A stretch of 47,700 nt of DNA from Patescibacteria group bacterium (GCA_036846065.1 DAIUCR010000001.1:1-47700); one strand, 5' to 3'. Positions 15,752 to 25,501 are shown, numbered from the stretch's first letter. Numbers and translations are program-made. The notes: generated from the sequence alone by a model not told the origin.

Positions 15752-17308
15752 ATGTCAATCTTTATATCATTTATTCAAAAGCATAAATTACTTCTCGTAA
15801 TTTTTTTGATCCTTATCGGCGGTGGAGTATTTTTCTTGAATGGAGAGAAGGAGTCTCCCTATGAAACATTTGTTGTAGAAAAAGGTGATGTGATACAAGA
15901 GGTCTCTGTAACGGGTCGCGTGAGTCCTGACGCTGAGGTGAGCCTTGCTTTTGAGAGAGGTGGTAGGGTGGTTACCATGCCGCGTGACGTTGGCACTCAT
16001 GTCCGTGCTGGAGATACATTGGTACGTCTTGATGCAACCGAGCTTGATGCTCAGCGTGCGCAGGCAAAGGCAAATCTTGATTACGAATTGGTGAAACTTG
16101 CTGAATTGAAAAAGGGTGTCCGCGCTGAGGATGTTGCCGTAAGCGCTGCTCGCGTTGAAAGTGCAAAGGTTTCCTTGCGTGACGCAAGGAAAAATACACT
16201 CGACAAGATGGCAACCGCCTATACTGTTGCAGATGATGCTATTCGTAATAAGACCGATAAATTTTATCGTAATCCACGTACGCGTAATCCTGAATTTTCT
16301 GCGCCGGTCACCGACACGAAGCTGGTGAGCGATCTTCAGCAATCACGCGTTCTCATTGAAGACCTCCTTGTTTCATGGGAAATGAAGATGAGTTCATGGA
16401 ACGATGCTACTGACATTGTTGTCGCAATGGAAGAATCAGAAGCTTCTCTTGGAGAGGTGAAAGAGTATCTTGATAAGCTTGGACTTGCGATAAATGGGAT
16501 CCTCCCATCTTCATCCGCAACACAAACTACTATTGATGGATGGAAGCTCGATGTTTCTACTGCGCGCACAAGTGTAAATAGCGTGATATCGAGTGTTGTC
16601 ACAGCAGAGCAAACATATCGTGCATCCGTGGAAGCACTGAAGATCAGTGAGAATGAGTTGATGCTCAAGCAGTCTGGTGCAACACCTGAGGCTATTGCAG
16701 CACAGGAGGCACGCATTACGGGCGTACGCGCCACACTTTCGGGTTATGACGCGCAGATATCAAAAACAGTCCTTACGGCGCCTTTCTCTGGTGTTATCAC
16801 AAAACAAGATGCAAAGTTGGGTCAGTCAATAACACCAAACATCCCCGTTGTTTCTCTTATGAGTGACGGAAAATATAAGATCGAAGCAAACATTCCCGAG
16901 GTTGATCTTGCGAAGATATCCCTAGGAGATCATGCTCGTGTGACGCTTGATGCGTATGGTTCAGATGTTGCTTTTCCTGCAACCGTTTCCGCCATTGATC
17001 CAGCCGAGACGATAGTGGAAGGAGTCTCAACGTACAAGATCACACTCCGATTTGATGAAAAAGACGCACGAGTACGTTCAGGCATGACTCCGAATATTGA
17101 TATTTCTACCGACAAACGAGAGGATGTCATCATGATTCCTTCACGTGCGCTCACAACAAAAGATGGGCAAAAAATAGTGCGAGTGCTTGAGGGCGAAATA
17201 CCTCGCGAGGTTGTCGTTGAGATCGGACTCCGTGGCTCTGATGGAAACGTTGAGGTGGTGAGTGGGCTTTCTGTCGGTGAGCGAGTAATAACGTTTGAAC
17301 AGGAATAA
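15752..17308 (+). CDS. HlyD/MacA-family periplasmic adaptor (membrane fusion protein)
   Basis: N-terminal TM helix. It has a barrel-sandwich motif (GDVIQEVSVTGRV), a long coiled-coil region and a C-terminal beta domain. It heads the ABC locus. Confidence 0.8.
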   Translation: MSIFISFIQKHKLLLVIFLILIGGGVFFLNGEKESPYETFVVEKGDVIQEVSVTGRVSPDAEVSLAFERGGRVVTMPRDVGTHVRAGDTLVRLDATELDAQRAQAKANLDYELVKLAELKKGVRAEDVAVSAARVESAKVSLRDARKNTLDKMATAYTVADDAIRNKTDKFYRNPRTRNPEFSAPVTDTKLVSDLQQSRVLIEDLLVSWEMKMSSWNDATDIVVAMEESEASLGEVKEYLDKLGLAINGILPSSSATQTTIDGWKLDVSTARTSVNSVISSVVTAEQTYRASVEALKISENELMLKQSGATPEAIAAQEARITGVRATLSGYDAQISKTVLTAPFSGVITKQDAKLGQSITPNIPVVSLMSDGKYKIEANIPEVDLAKISLGDHARVTLDAYGSDVAFPATVSAIDPAETIVEGVSTYKITLRFDEKDARVRSGMTPNIDISTDKREDVIMIPSRALTTKDGQKIVRVLEGEIPREVVVEIGLRGSDGNVEVVSGLSVGERVITFEQE

Positions 17309-17317
17309 GTTCATCAT

Positions 17318-18565
17318 ATGGACTCCTTACGCGTCGGATGGTTTCTCGCATTGCGACAAATAAAGCGTTCAAGTATTTGGACGACGTTACTTATCATTTT
17401 CATTATGACCCTCACATTCCTCAACCTTGTGGTGGTTGGGGGGATCCTTGTCGGACTTACGGCGGGAGCGAGTCTTGCGTACGAACGTCAATATTCTGGC
17501 GAGGTCTTTTTGCGTAACCTTATGACGAAGGAGTATATCGAGCAAAGTGAGAATGTCATGCGTACTGCGCGGAGTTTCCCGGAGGTTGCCGCGATCTCGG
17601 GTCGGTATATTCAAGGAGGAAAAGTCGAGGCGAATTATAAGACCGCTGTTGGCCCAAAGCAAAGCCCCGACTCCATCGGTGTACAGATCGTCGGCATTGA
17701 CCCTGTTTCAGAGAATGCAGTAACGGGTATTGGTGAGCGACTCATAAGTGGAGAAGATCTCAAGATCGGTGAGGAGGGTTATGTGCTCTTGGGGAAGAAT
17801 CTTGTCGAGAAATATACTGTCGGGTCGGGGCCGATCTCCGTCGTTGTTCTTCATGGTATCGACGTCGGCTCGCGAGTCCGCATCAATGTTGCTGGTCGAG
17901 AAGGAGAATTCACCGTAAAAGGGATCATCAAGAGCAAGGTGGGTGATGTATCGATGCGCGTGTATATGGTTGATGCAGAATTGCGTCGCATGATCGGACG
18001 TTCTGATAAGAATGTTGATGAGATCGCAATTCGTTTAGTGCCTGGTGCCTCCGCGACACAGGTGCGCGATGGACTCAAAGCCGCCGGTTTCGAATCTCTG
18101 GCGCGCGTCGAAACATCACGTGAGTCGCAAGGAACATTTCTTGATGATATTGAGAAGACTTTTGCGATGCTTGCGAATGTGATCGGTGGTATTGGTATCA
18201 TTGTTGCATCTATCACTGTATTCATTGTGATCTTCATTAATGCGGTCACGCGTCGGAAGTATATCGGTATATTGAAAGGTATTGGAGTTACTGCATCTGC
18301 GATCGAAATATCCTACGTGCTTCAGTCTATATTCTACGCACTCATTGGGGCGGGATTGGGATTGATCGTGGTCTATGCAGTATTAAAACCGTATTTCGAT
18401 GGACATCCGATCAACTTTCCATTCAGTGATGGACTCCTTGTTGTGCCTATTGATGGGACGATGTTGCGTGCGGCTGTGCTTATTGCGGTGACTATCGTTG
18501 CGGGATATTTCCCCGCACGCATGATTATCAGTAAGAACACCCTCGACTCGATACTCGGTCGATAA
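17318..18565 (+). CDS. ABC transporter permease, FtsX/MacB family
   Basis: TM1, then a large extracytoplasmic domain, then 3 C-terminal TM helices with an FtsX-like region (RRKYIGILKGIG). Confidence 0.8.
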   Translation: MDSLRVGWFLALRQIKRSSIWTTLLIIFIMTLTFLNLVVVGGILVGLTAGASLAYERQYSGEVFLRNLMTKEYIEQSENVMRTARSFPEVAAISGRYIQGGKVEANYKTAVGPKQSPDSIGVQIVGIDPVSENAVTGIGERLISGEDLKIGEEGYVLLGKNLVEKYTVGSGPISVVVLHGIDVGSRVRINVAGREGEFTVKGIIKSKVGDVSMRVYMVDAELRRMIGRSDKNVDEIAIRLVPGASATQVRDGLKAAGFESLARVETSRESQGTFLDDIEKTFAMLANVIGGIGIIVASITVFIVIFINAVTRRKYIGILKGIGVTASAIEISYVLQSIFYALIGAGLGLIVVYAVLKPYFDGHPINFPFSDGLLVVPIDGTMLRAAVLIAVTIVAGYFPARMIISKNTLDSILGR

Positions 18566-18572
18566 TATTTGT

Positions 18573-19250
18573 ATGCCAATAATTATTGATGCGATCAATG
18601 TTGTAAAAGCGTATGGGGAAGGTGAGCTTCAGCATACGGTACTTAAGAATATTTCACTTCAAATAGAGGAGGGAGAGTTCGTTGCGATCATGGGTCGTTC
18701 TGGTGCAGGTAAGTCGACCCTTATGTATCAGCTCTCACTGCTTGATCGTCCGACCGAGGGAGAGATCATTCTTGACGGTGTATATGCGAATACTCTTGAA
18801 GAGGATGAGCGAACACGATTTCGTCTCCATAACCTTGGTTATGTCTTTCAAGATTACGCTCTCATGCCAGAACTTACAGCTCTCGAGAATGTCGCCGTTC
18901 CGCTTCTGATGCAAGGAAAGTCAAAAAAAGAGGCATATGAAAAAGCTACCGTTGCGCTTGATTCTGTTTCGCTCGCGGAGCGCCTCATGAACCTTCCAAG
19001 TCAGCTTTCAGGTGGAGAGCAACAGCGTGTTTCTATTGCGCGCTCCATTGCTCATGGCCCCAAGATACTTTTTGCCGATGAGCCCACGGCAAATCTTGAT
19101 TCAGAGACCTCACGTCAGGTGCTCGGTATTTTTCGAGAATTAAATGACAAGGGGCAGACCATTGTCATGGTGACTCACGAAAAAGAATTCGGACTTTTGG
19201 CTGATCGCATCATCACTGTGCAAGACGGAAATATTGTCAGTTATCGCTAG
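18573..19250 (+). CDS. ABC transporter ATP-binding protein (MacB/LolD type)
   Basis: Walker A GRSGAGKST, signature LSGGEQQR, Walker B LFADEPT and H-loop VTHE. Confidence 0.9.
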   Translation: MPIIIDAINVVKAYGEGELQHTVLKNISLQIEEGEFVAIMGRSGAGKSTLMYQLSLLDRPTEGEIILDGVYANTLEEDERTRFRLHNLGYVFQDYALMPELTALENVAVPLLMQGKSKKEAYEKATVALDSVSLAERLMNLPSQLSGGEQQRVSIARSIAHGPKILFADEPTANLDSETSRQVLGIFRELNDKGQTIVMVTHEKEFGLLADRIITVQDGNIVSYR

Positions 19251-19283
19251 TGAATAATAGTGTTATGCTGAAGCAATAGACCT

Positions 19284-19985
19284 ATGCCACTTATTGAAAT
19301 AAAAAATCTTGAGAAGACTTTTTTTGAAGAAGACTCATCTCCGACATATGTATTGCGTGGGATAAACCTTACGATCGATAAGGGGGAGTTTGTTGCGATC
19401 GTTGGTCCGTCGGGATCGGGGAAGTCGACACTACTTCAGATCCTTGGACTTCTTGATCGCCCCACTTCTGGTACATACACATTTCAAGGGAAGTCTGTCG
19501 ATAGTTATTCCGATGATGAACAAGCGGAATTACGTAATCGAGCGTTGGGATTCATATTCCAGTCATTCAATCTCTTGCCACGTGTATCAGTGCTTGAGAA
19601 TGTAAAACTTCCTCTTGCGTATTCGTCCATCTCGCCAAAGCTTTGGGATGCGCAGGCGAAGAAGCAGATCACTGCGGTGGGTCTGGATCATCGTATGGAA
19701 CATGAACCAGCACAACTCTCTGGGGGAGAACGTCAGCGCGTCGCCATCGCGCGTGCGCTCGTCATAAACCCAGAGATCATTTTTGCTGATGAGCCTACGG
19801 GAAATCTTGATAGTGCTTCAGGAAAGAATGTCATGAATATTTTGCGGAGATTACATGAGGAGGAGGGTCATACGGTTGTGCTCATCACTCACGATAAATC
19901 CATCGCCAGAACCGCGGACCGTATCATTAGTATCCATGACGGAGAGGTCGTCTGGGACGGGAGAGCAAGTGATTTCACTGAATAA
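19284..19985 (+). CDS. ABC transporter ATP-binding protein (MacB/LolD type)
   Basis: Walker A GPSGSGKST, signature LSGGERQR, Walker B IFADEPT and H-loop ITHD. Confidence 0.9.
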   Translation: MPLIEIKNLEKTFFEEDSSPTYVLRGINLTIDKGEFVAIVGPSGSGKSTLLQILGLLDRPTSGTYTFQGKSVDSYSDDEQAELRNRALGFIFQSFNLLPRVSVLENVKLPLAYSSISPKLWDAQAKKQITAVGLDHRMEHEPAQLSGGERQRVAIARALVINPEIIFADEPTGNLDSASGKNVMNILRRLHEEEGHTVVLITHDKSIARTADRIISIHDGEVVWDGRASDFTE

Positions 19986-19991
19986 ATACCT

Positions 19992-21233
19992 ATGACAAAA
20001 CTTTACACGATCAAAACTGCATATCGTTCGATCCGCGCCAACAAGGTCCGATCGGGGCTCACAGTGCTCGGTATCGTCATTGGTATCACTGCGATCATGC
20101 TTATCGTCTCGATCGGTCAGGGTGCGCAGAATCTCATCCTCAGTGAGATACAGGGTATGGGTGCGGAAACTATCGTTGTACGCCCCGGGAGAGAACCAAA
20201 GGGGGCATCTGACTTTGCTCAGACATTGTTCGCAAATTCTCTGAAGGAGCGCGAGCTTGAAGCACTGCGCCGTACGGAGAATATTCCCGATATTGTTTCA
20301 GTAACTCCGATCGTGTTCATCTCGGATTCGGTGACTTATGGGAGTGCTATCGAGCGTCCAACAATATACGGATGGTCCGCAGAATTCATGGCAAGCATGA
20401 TGAAGGTGGAAGTAGAAAAGGGGACTCTTTTTAATGAATCTGATATCAAGCAATCCGCAGCTGTTGCGGTCATTGGAAGTAAGCTTGCGGGCAATCTCTT
20501 TGAGAATGAAGATCCGATCGGGAAATCCATTCGTATCAAGGGGAAGAATTTTCGTGTCGTTGCTGTGCTTTCTCCTGGTGGGAGTAGTTTCTTCAATACA
20601 GAAAATATGGTCATTGTGCCATATACCACGGCATATACATATCTCGCGTCTGCGAAATTTTACAATGAGATAATGATCAAGGTTTCTTCTCCGGAAGCCG
20701 TGTCGCGTTCAGTGCAAGATATTACGATGACGCTTCGTGAGCTTCATGATATTACTGACCCCGATAAAGATGATTTTTATATTGAGACTCAGCAGGGGAC
20801 GATCGATCAGATCGGTACCATCCTCTCTGTGCTCACGGCGTTTCTCTCCTCTGTAGTGGCGATATCGCTTGTGGTGGGTGGTATTGGTGTCATGAATGTC
20901 ATGTTGGTGTCAGTAACGGAGCGCACAAAAGAGATCGGGCTTCGTAAGGCACTCGGCGCTCGAAACCGTGATATTCTCATGCAGTTTCTTGTCGAGGCGA
21001 TACTTCTTACACTCTTCGGTGGATTGATAGGTATATTCCTTGGTATTTTGTTTGGTTATCTTGTGTCCATCGGGCTCTCCCGTAGCCTTAACGTTGAATG
21101 GGTGTTTTCTTTCCCGCTTCAAGCAACACTCATTGCTATTGGGACTTCAGCCGCCGTAGGAATCATATTTGGTATTTATCCTGCGCGTCAGGCATCAAAA
21201 AAGAGTCCAATCGAAGCATTGCGTTACGAGTAG
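19992..21233 (+). CDS. ABC transporter permease, FtsX/MacB family
   Basis: MacB_PCD-like extracytoplasmic domain plus an FtsX region (ERTKEIGLRKALGA), with the typical ending PIEALRYE. Confidence 0.85.
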   Translation: MTKLYTIKTAYRSIRANKVRSGLTVLGIVIGITAIMLIVSIGQGAQNLILSEIQGMGAETIVVRPGREPKGASDFAQTLFANSLKERELEALRRTENIPDIVSVTPIVFISDSVTYGSAIERPTIYGWSAEFMASMMKVEVEKGTLFNESDIKQSAAVAVIGSKLAGNLFENEDPIGKSIRIKGKNFRVVAVLSPGGSSFFNTENMVIVPYTTAYTYLASAKFYNEIMIKVSSPEAVSRSVQDITMTLRELHDITDPDKDDFYIETQQGTIDQIGTILSVLTAFLSSVVAISLVVGGIGVMNVMLVSVTERTKEIGLRKALGARNRDILMQFLVEAILLTLFGGLIGIFLGILFGYLVSIGLSRSLNVEWVFSFPLQATLIAIGTSAAVGIIFGIYPARQASKKSPIEALRYE

Positions 21234-21282
21234 TTTTTTCCACATTGCTCATTTTTTTTGTGTGATGTTATACTACCCCCGT

Positions 21283-22041
21283 ATGAATCAAACAACATGG
21301 ATAGTCGGAGGTGGAGTCGCCATCATCGCACTCGCCGCACTTCTTTATTCGTTTACTGGTAATGATGCTGCACCGCAGGTAATAGAAATAGATGATCAGG
21401 TAAAAGCTGTTTTAGAGGCAACAAGTACAGCGCAAATTAAAAATAATACATTATCACCACAACCTATGAATACTGAACCAACCATAGTAGCAGGAGAGCC
21501 CGCAAAAGATGTAAGTGCTTCGGGTTCCGTACTTCCGAAGAATAGTGAGGTGCTCATGAAGACCTCAATGGGAAACATTACACTTAAGCTCTATGACAAA
21601 GAGGTTCCTGTGACCACTGCTAACTTCCTTAAGCTCACAAAATCCGGATTCTATGATGGAGTGCGTTTCCATCGCATTATCAAAGGCTTCATGATCCAAT
21701 CCGGTGATCCTCTTTCGAAAGATGATGCGCAAGTGTCACGATGGGGGACAGGAGGTCCGGGATATGCATTTGACGATGAAATTGACCCCACGTCGGCACT
21801 CTATAAGACTGGTTATAAGCGAGGAGTACTCGCAATGGCGAATGCTGGACCAGATACGAACGGAAGTCAGTTCTTTATTATGCATCAGGATTATCCGCTC
21901 CCACCGAGCTATACTATTTTTGGTGAAGTAACGAGCGGCATGGATGTTGTTGATAGTATTGCCACTTCACCAAACACAGGAAGTCCAAACAATCGACCAC
22001 TGTCGCCGATCACGATCACTTCAGTCACTGTACAGAAATAA
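21283..22041 (+). CDS. Cyclophilin-type peptidyl-prolyl cis-trans isomerase, membrane-anchored
   Basis: N-terminal TM helix (TWIVGGGVAIIALAALLY). Cyclophilin motifs FHRIIKGFMIQSGDP and GVLAMANAGPDTNGSQFFI. An extended -10 (TGtTATACT, 21266-21274) lies 8 nt before the ATG. Confidence 0.85.
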   Translation: MNQTTWIVGGGVAIIALAALLYSFTGNDAAPQVIEIDDQVKAVLEATSTAQIKNNTLSPQPMNTEPTIVAGEPAKDVSASGSVLPKNSEVLMKTSMGNITLKLYDKEVPVTTANFLKLTKSGFYDGVRFHRIIKGFMIQSGDPLSKDDAQVSRWGTGGPGYAFDDEIDPTSALYKTGYKRGVLAMANAGPDTNGSQFFIMHQDYPLPPSYTIFGEVTSGMDVVDSIATSPNTGSPNNRPLSPITITSVTVQK

Positions 22042-22058
22042 TCGGTTCGTCTCTGTGT

Positions 22059-22098
22059 AAAAAAAGAACATCCCGCAATGTGGATGTTCTTTTTTTTG
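22059..22098. terminator. Bidirectional intrinsic terminator
   Basis: Stem AAGAACATCC (22064-22073) / GGATGTTCTT (22082-22091), flanked by an A-run and a T-run. Confidence 0.8.
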
Positions 22099-22106
22099 TT
22101 TACACA

Positions 22107-22319
22107 CTAATCTTTTTTCTTTGGGATGATGAAATGTGCGGCCGCGTAAATAAGGGCGGCTGGTACTATTGCTGTAACGACAGCGAGTGCAACGTATCCC
22201 GTACGGAGAATATTGGGATTTACCTCCATCCACTCGCCAAGTCCTCCGATAACACCACCCGCAACGCGTGAGTCCTCGCTCTTGTAAAGTTTTTTCATTG
22301 GATGTTTGCTCATGAACAT
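22107..22319 (-). CDS. PspC-domain membrane protein
   Basis: KLYKSEDSRVAGGVIGGLGEWMEVNPNILRTGYVA followed by a TM helix, which is the PspC domain pattern. The start is ambiguous (22319, 22313 or 22298). Confidence 0.75.
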   Translation of the reverse strand: MFMSKHPMKKLYKSEDSRVAGGVIGGLGEWMEVNPNILRTGYVALAVVTAIVPAALIYAAAHFIIPKKKD

Positions 22320-22403
22320 ATTTTACCCCGTCTTTTTTATAAAATGCAAATAGAAAAATAAAAGGTCCGCAAGATGATCTCTCTTGCGGACTTGCTATTT
22401 TTG

Positions 22404-22991
22404 TTATAACTGAACATCCTTTGTTGTGTCAGCGGCATGATATGCGCGTACCTGTGCAATGAATTCGGTGATTGAATTTGAGAGGTCGTCATTTTTATTC
22501 ATGATGATCGAATCGAAAAAAATACCTTCTTCTTGCTCGAAGTAGAATGATTGAAGACGTTTTTCAATTGACGCGTCACTATCTCCTCGTTTTCTTAAGC
22601 GCTCTTCAAGATCTTTTTTTGCTGGGAGCGTAATGAAGATGCTGTGTGCTTGCGGATATAACTGTGTCAGTGTCCCAGCTCCCTGTACATCCGTGATGAT
22701 GTAACAGAGAGAGTGCTCCTCGCACGCCGAAGCAATATCTCTCTTCAGTGTTCCGTACAGATTCCCATAGACCTCTGCATATTCTGCAAACTCAGACCTA
22801 TCGATGAGTTCGTGGAATAACGCCCTCGGAAGAAAGTGGTAATCAATTCCATCCATCTCTTTCTCTCGTGGATGTCTTGAGGTACAAGTGATGACACGCT
22901 TGCCAATTCCCAAGCGCTCGATCGCCCCCTCTACGATACTTGTTTTTCCTGCGCCAGATTGTCCTGAGACGATAATAAGTGAGCCATTCAT
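22404..22991 (-). CDS. gmk: Guanylate kinase
   Basis: P-loop GQSGAGKTS and TSRHPREKEMDGIDYHF (compare TTRPPR.GE.DG.DY.F). GGAGGA lies 7 nt before ATG 22991; the longer ORF starts at GTG 23021. Confidence 0.85.
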   Translation of the reverse strand: MNGSLIIVSGQSGAGKTSIVEGAIERLGIGKRVITCTSRHPREKEMDGIDYHFLPRALFHELIDRSEFAEYAEVYGNLYGTLKRDIASACEEHSLCYIITDVQGAGTLTQLYPQAHSIFITLPAKKDLEERLRKRGDSDASIEKRLQSFYFEQEEGIFFDSIIMNKNDDLSNSITEFIAQVRAYHAADTTKDVQL

Positions 22992-23282
22992 TGGAATATC
23001 CTCCAAGTATGCAACGTTCACGTTCTTGCTCCGTTATATATGAGAGAGGAGCAGTAAGCCACTTGCAATTTCATGGGAATATTGTCTGGTTTATTTCATC
23101 GTTCATTGCAATATAAGGGCTACGCATGATCAAATGAGCTGGGTTTCCAACTCCCCGCACGATCAAAATTTTTCATCGCCATTGCTCAAGAAATTTGGGT
23201 TGTGCGGGGGAGTGATCGGGTCCGATTAGTTGATCCCGAGCCTTGTGGTCGAGCAAGGTGTCCTCCTTTAATTTTTTATCCT

Positions 23283-23435
23283 ATGGGAGTCTGGAGAGCA
23301 TTGGGGATGGGTCTTTCGATCGTGATCTTGAAACTACTCATGCCGGATGTTGTGTCTGGCTTTGAAGGAACCCTTGTATCATTCTTTGGTGTGACGCAAA
23401 CGGTGTTTGGTCATCTAGATTCCGCTTTGCAGTAA
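23283..23435 (+). CDS. Candidate small membrane protein (50 aa)
   Basis: MGVWRALGMGLSIVILKLLMP... has one hydrophobic helix and G-rich first codon positions. A terminator follows within 25 nt. There is no SD. It is the only ORF of 60 aa or more in a 450-nt gap. Confidence 0.35.
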   Translation: MGVWRALGMGLSIVILKLLMPDVVSGFEGTLVSFFGVTQTVFGHLDSALQ

Positions 23436-23460
23436 GTTTTATAGTTCTTTGCTTGAAGTT

Positions 23461-23488
23461 AAAACTCGCCTACGTGGCGAGTTTTTTG
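23461..23488. terminator. Bidirectional intrinsic terminator
   Basis: Stem AAAACTCGCC / GGCGAGTTTT with loop TACGT. The stop codon of the minus-strand phosphatase gene lies in the loop. Confidence 0.8.
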
Positions 23489-24024
23489 TTGAGTTCAAGA
23501 ATGTGCACTGAACCGGGGAGCACTGGTCCGCCCGTCATTTCGTTCGGGAAAAGATCATACAAGATCCGGATGATTCCGCGATGTGTTACCACAAAAACGA
23601 TCTCATCGGTCTCAAGTGGGAGTTCGTTCAGAAAATGTTTTATACGGAGAATGACTTCATCGATCGATTCGCCGCCAAACGGGCGGTAGTCATATCTTCC
23701 CTCGAGGTCATTCTCTAATATTTCCTGCGCAACTTCGCTACGGAGTTTTCCTGATAAAGAACCAAAATCACGTTCTTTGAGGTCGTCAGAAAAAATGAGT
23801 GGGACGGTGGGAAAACGCTCCATAACGATACGTGCTGTTTCGCGTGTTCTCGTAAGTGGTGATGCGTATATTTTTGATGGTACATCAATGAGCGCCTCGC
23901 GTGTCCTCGCTATTTCTCCCTTGCCTGTTTCATTAAGCTCGAGGTCGGGATCACGTTGACCCTGTAAACGTAACTCTTTATTGAGGTCAGTCTCTCCGTG
24001 TCTGATAAATATGAGCTTCATCAT
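23470..24024 (-). CDS. Histidine phosphatase family protein (phosphoglycerate mutase-like)
   Basis: N-terminal LIFIRHGETDLN (RHG motif), SPLTRTRETA, and a second His in VVTHRGIIR. Confidence 0.85.
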   Translation of the reverse strand: MMKLIFIRHGETDLNKELRLQGQRDPDLELNETGKGEIARTREALIDVPSKIYASPLTRTRETARIVMERFPTVPLIFSDDLKERDFGSLSGKLRSEVAQEILENDLEGRYDYRPFGGESIDEVILRIKHFLNELPLETDEIVFVVTHRGIIRILYDLFPNEMTGGPVLPGSVHILELNKKLAT

Positions 24025-24094
24025 TGAATGATATAACAGATCAGCAAAGAAGAGAATCGTGGACGTAGAGCAAATTCTTCTTTATGATGCATGA

Positions 24095-25390
24095 ATGCAA
24101 AAGACGACAACAATGAAGGTGGAAAAGATCGCGCACGATGGCGCTGCAGAAAGTACCTACGAAGGGAAAGAGCTTCGTGTTCATGGAATGCTTCCGAATG
24201 AGGAGGGTATTGTTGAGGTAGATAAGAAGCATGGACTTTATGTGGGAACATTGAAGGAATTGACCGTTGCGTCCGATAGGCGAAAAACTCCAGAGGAATT
24301 GCACTTCCTTTCGTGCAGTCCGTGGCAGGTGATGGAGTACGCACTTCAGGCCGAACTGAAGCATTCTCTCCTCGCTTCACTCTTTGAATACTATGACGAT
24401 GCACCAAAGGTTTCGTTCGTTTCGGGCGAACAGTTCTTTGGGTATCGCACAAAAGTTGAATTTAGTTTTACCGACAGACTACTCGGTGAACCTGCTCCGC
24501 TCGCCCTTGCTTTTCATGTACGTGGAGGTAGGAATGAACGCATACCGCTTCCTCAGGGTTGCGCGCTTGTATCGGATGGGATGAATAATGTTGCGCTCGC
24601 TCTTTGTGCACGCTTGCGTGATGCGGGGTATAGTGCACGAGACCTTAAGACGCTCGTGGTGCGGGAGAGTAAGAGTACGGGAAAGATTCTTGCGATACTT
24701 TTTGCAAAGAAAGAGGAGGTAGCAGAGTTTGCTGTTGATGATATTCCCGATCTTTCTGGTCTTATCGTGTTTCACTCGACCGAAAAATCTCCCGCATCGG
24801 TTCCAACAAAAAAACTCTGGAGTTTTGGTGAAGAGACACTTCCTGAGTCAGTGAGTGCTTTGGAGCTCTCTTATTCATGGGATTCATTCTTTCAAAATAA
24901 CATACCAATGTTCGAGAGTGCGCTTTCGGTGATGAAGTCGCATCTTCCAAAGGACTCCGATGTACTTGAGCTGTACGCGGGTATTGGCACCATAGGTCTC
25001 GTCTTGGCGAGTGACGCAAAGACAGTGCGTGGCGTGGAGATCGTCCCCGGAGCAGTGCTCTCTGCAAATGAAAATGCAAAACGATTGGGAATAGTAAATT
25101 ATTCCGCAGAGTGCATTCCCGCCGAGAAGATCGATAGTACGACCATTCATCACTCAGATGTGCTTGTGCTTGATCCTCCGCGTGCCGGTCTTCACCCGAA
25201 AGTGATCAAGATGATACGTGAAGTGCTTCCGAAAAAGATCATTTATCTTTCATGTAATCCCGATACGCAGGCACGAGACTATGCGGCACTCCAGAGCCAT
25301 TATCGGATCGATGTCTGTACGGGGTTTGATTTTTATCCGCAGACGCCACACCTCGAATCTCTGCTTGTATTGAGTTTACGGGGCGCTTAG
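24095..25390 (+). CDS. RumA/TrmA-family RNA (uracil-5)-methyltransferase
   Basis: SAM motif VLELYAGIGTIGL, DPPRAGL, and the catalytic Cys in IYLSCNP. TATGAT at 24083-24088 lies 6 nt before the ATG. Confidence 0.8.
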   Translation: MQKTTTMKVEKIAHDGAAESTYEGKELRVHGMLPNEEGIVEVDKKHGLYVGTLKELTVASDRRKTPEELHFLSCSPWQVMEYALQAELKHSLLASLFEYYDDAPKVSFVSGEQFFGYRTKVEFSFTDRLLGEPAPLALAFHVRGGRNERIPLPQGCALVSDGMNNVALALCARLRDAGYSARDLKTLVVRESKSTGKILAILFAKKEEVAEFAVDDIPDLSGLIVFHSTEKSPASVPTKKLWSFGEETLPESVSALELSYSWDSFFQNNIPMFESALSVMKSHLPKDSDVLELYAGIGTIGLVLASDAKTVRGVEIVPGAVLSANENAKRLGIVNYSAECIPAEKIDSTTIHHSDVLVLDPPRAGLHPKVIKMIREVLPKKIIYLSCNPDTQARDYAALQSHYRIDVCTGFDFYPQTPHLESLLVLSLRGA

Positions 25391-25501
25391 TGTAGACTAT
25401 TTTACACAATAATTCATACGCTATGAACAAGAAACAAAAAGTCGCAATTCGCAAGAAATCAAAGCGCGCAGGGAAGGATATCCCATCTCGCGCACGTTAA
25501 T

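Noticed and set aside
21169-21282. 5' extension of the first cyclophilin ORF, overlapping the end of the ABC permease
   Set aside because: The extension adds a non-hydrophobic, Cys/His-rich peptide before the TM anchor and overlaps 65 nt of the upstream gene. An extended -10 at 21266-21274 fits ATG 21283 instead.
23173-23256. 27-codon minus-strand ORF (TTG start) preceded by a perfect AAAGGAGG
   Set aside because: The SD-like string is simply the complement of a pyrimidine tract on the plus strand. The ORF uses TTG, is very short, runs through the long hairpin and has no recognisable features. It cannot be distinguished from chance.
23022-23282. Known housekeeping ncRNA (RNase P RNA, tmRNA, SRP RNA) in the long gap
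   Set aside because: I looked on both strands for GAGGAAAGUCC-type P4 sequence, a GGUUCGAAUCC-type T-arm with a CCA end, and the SRP domain IV GGAA-tetraloop context. None is present. The only weak resemblance is GGAAACCCAGCUCA on the minus strand.
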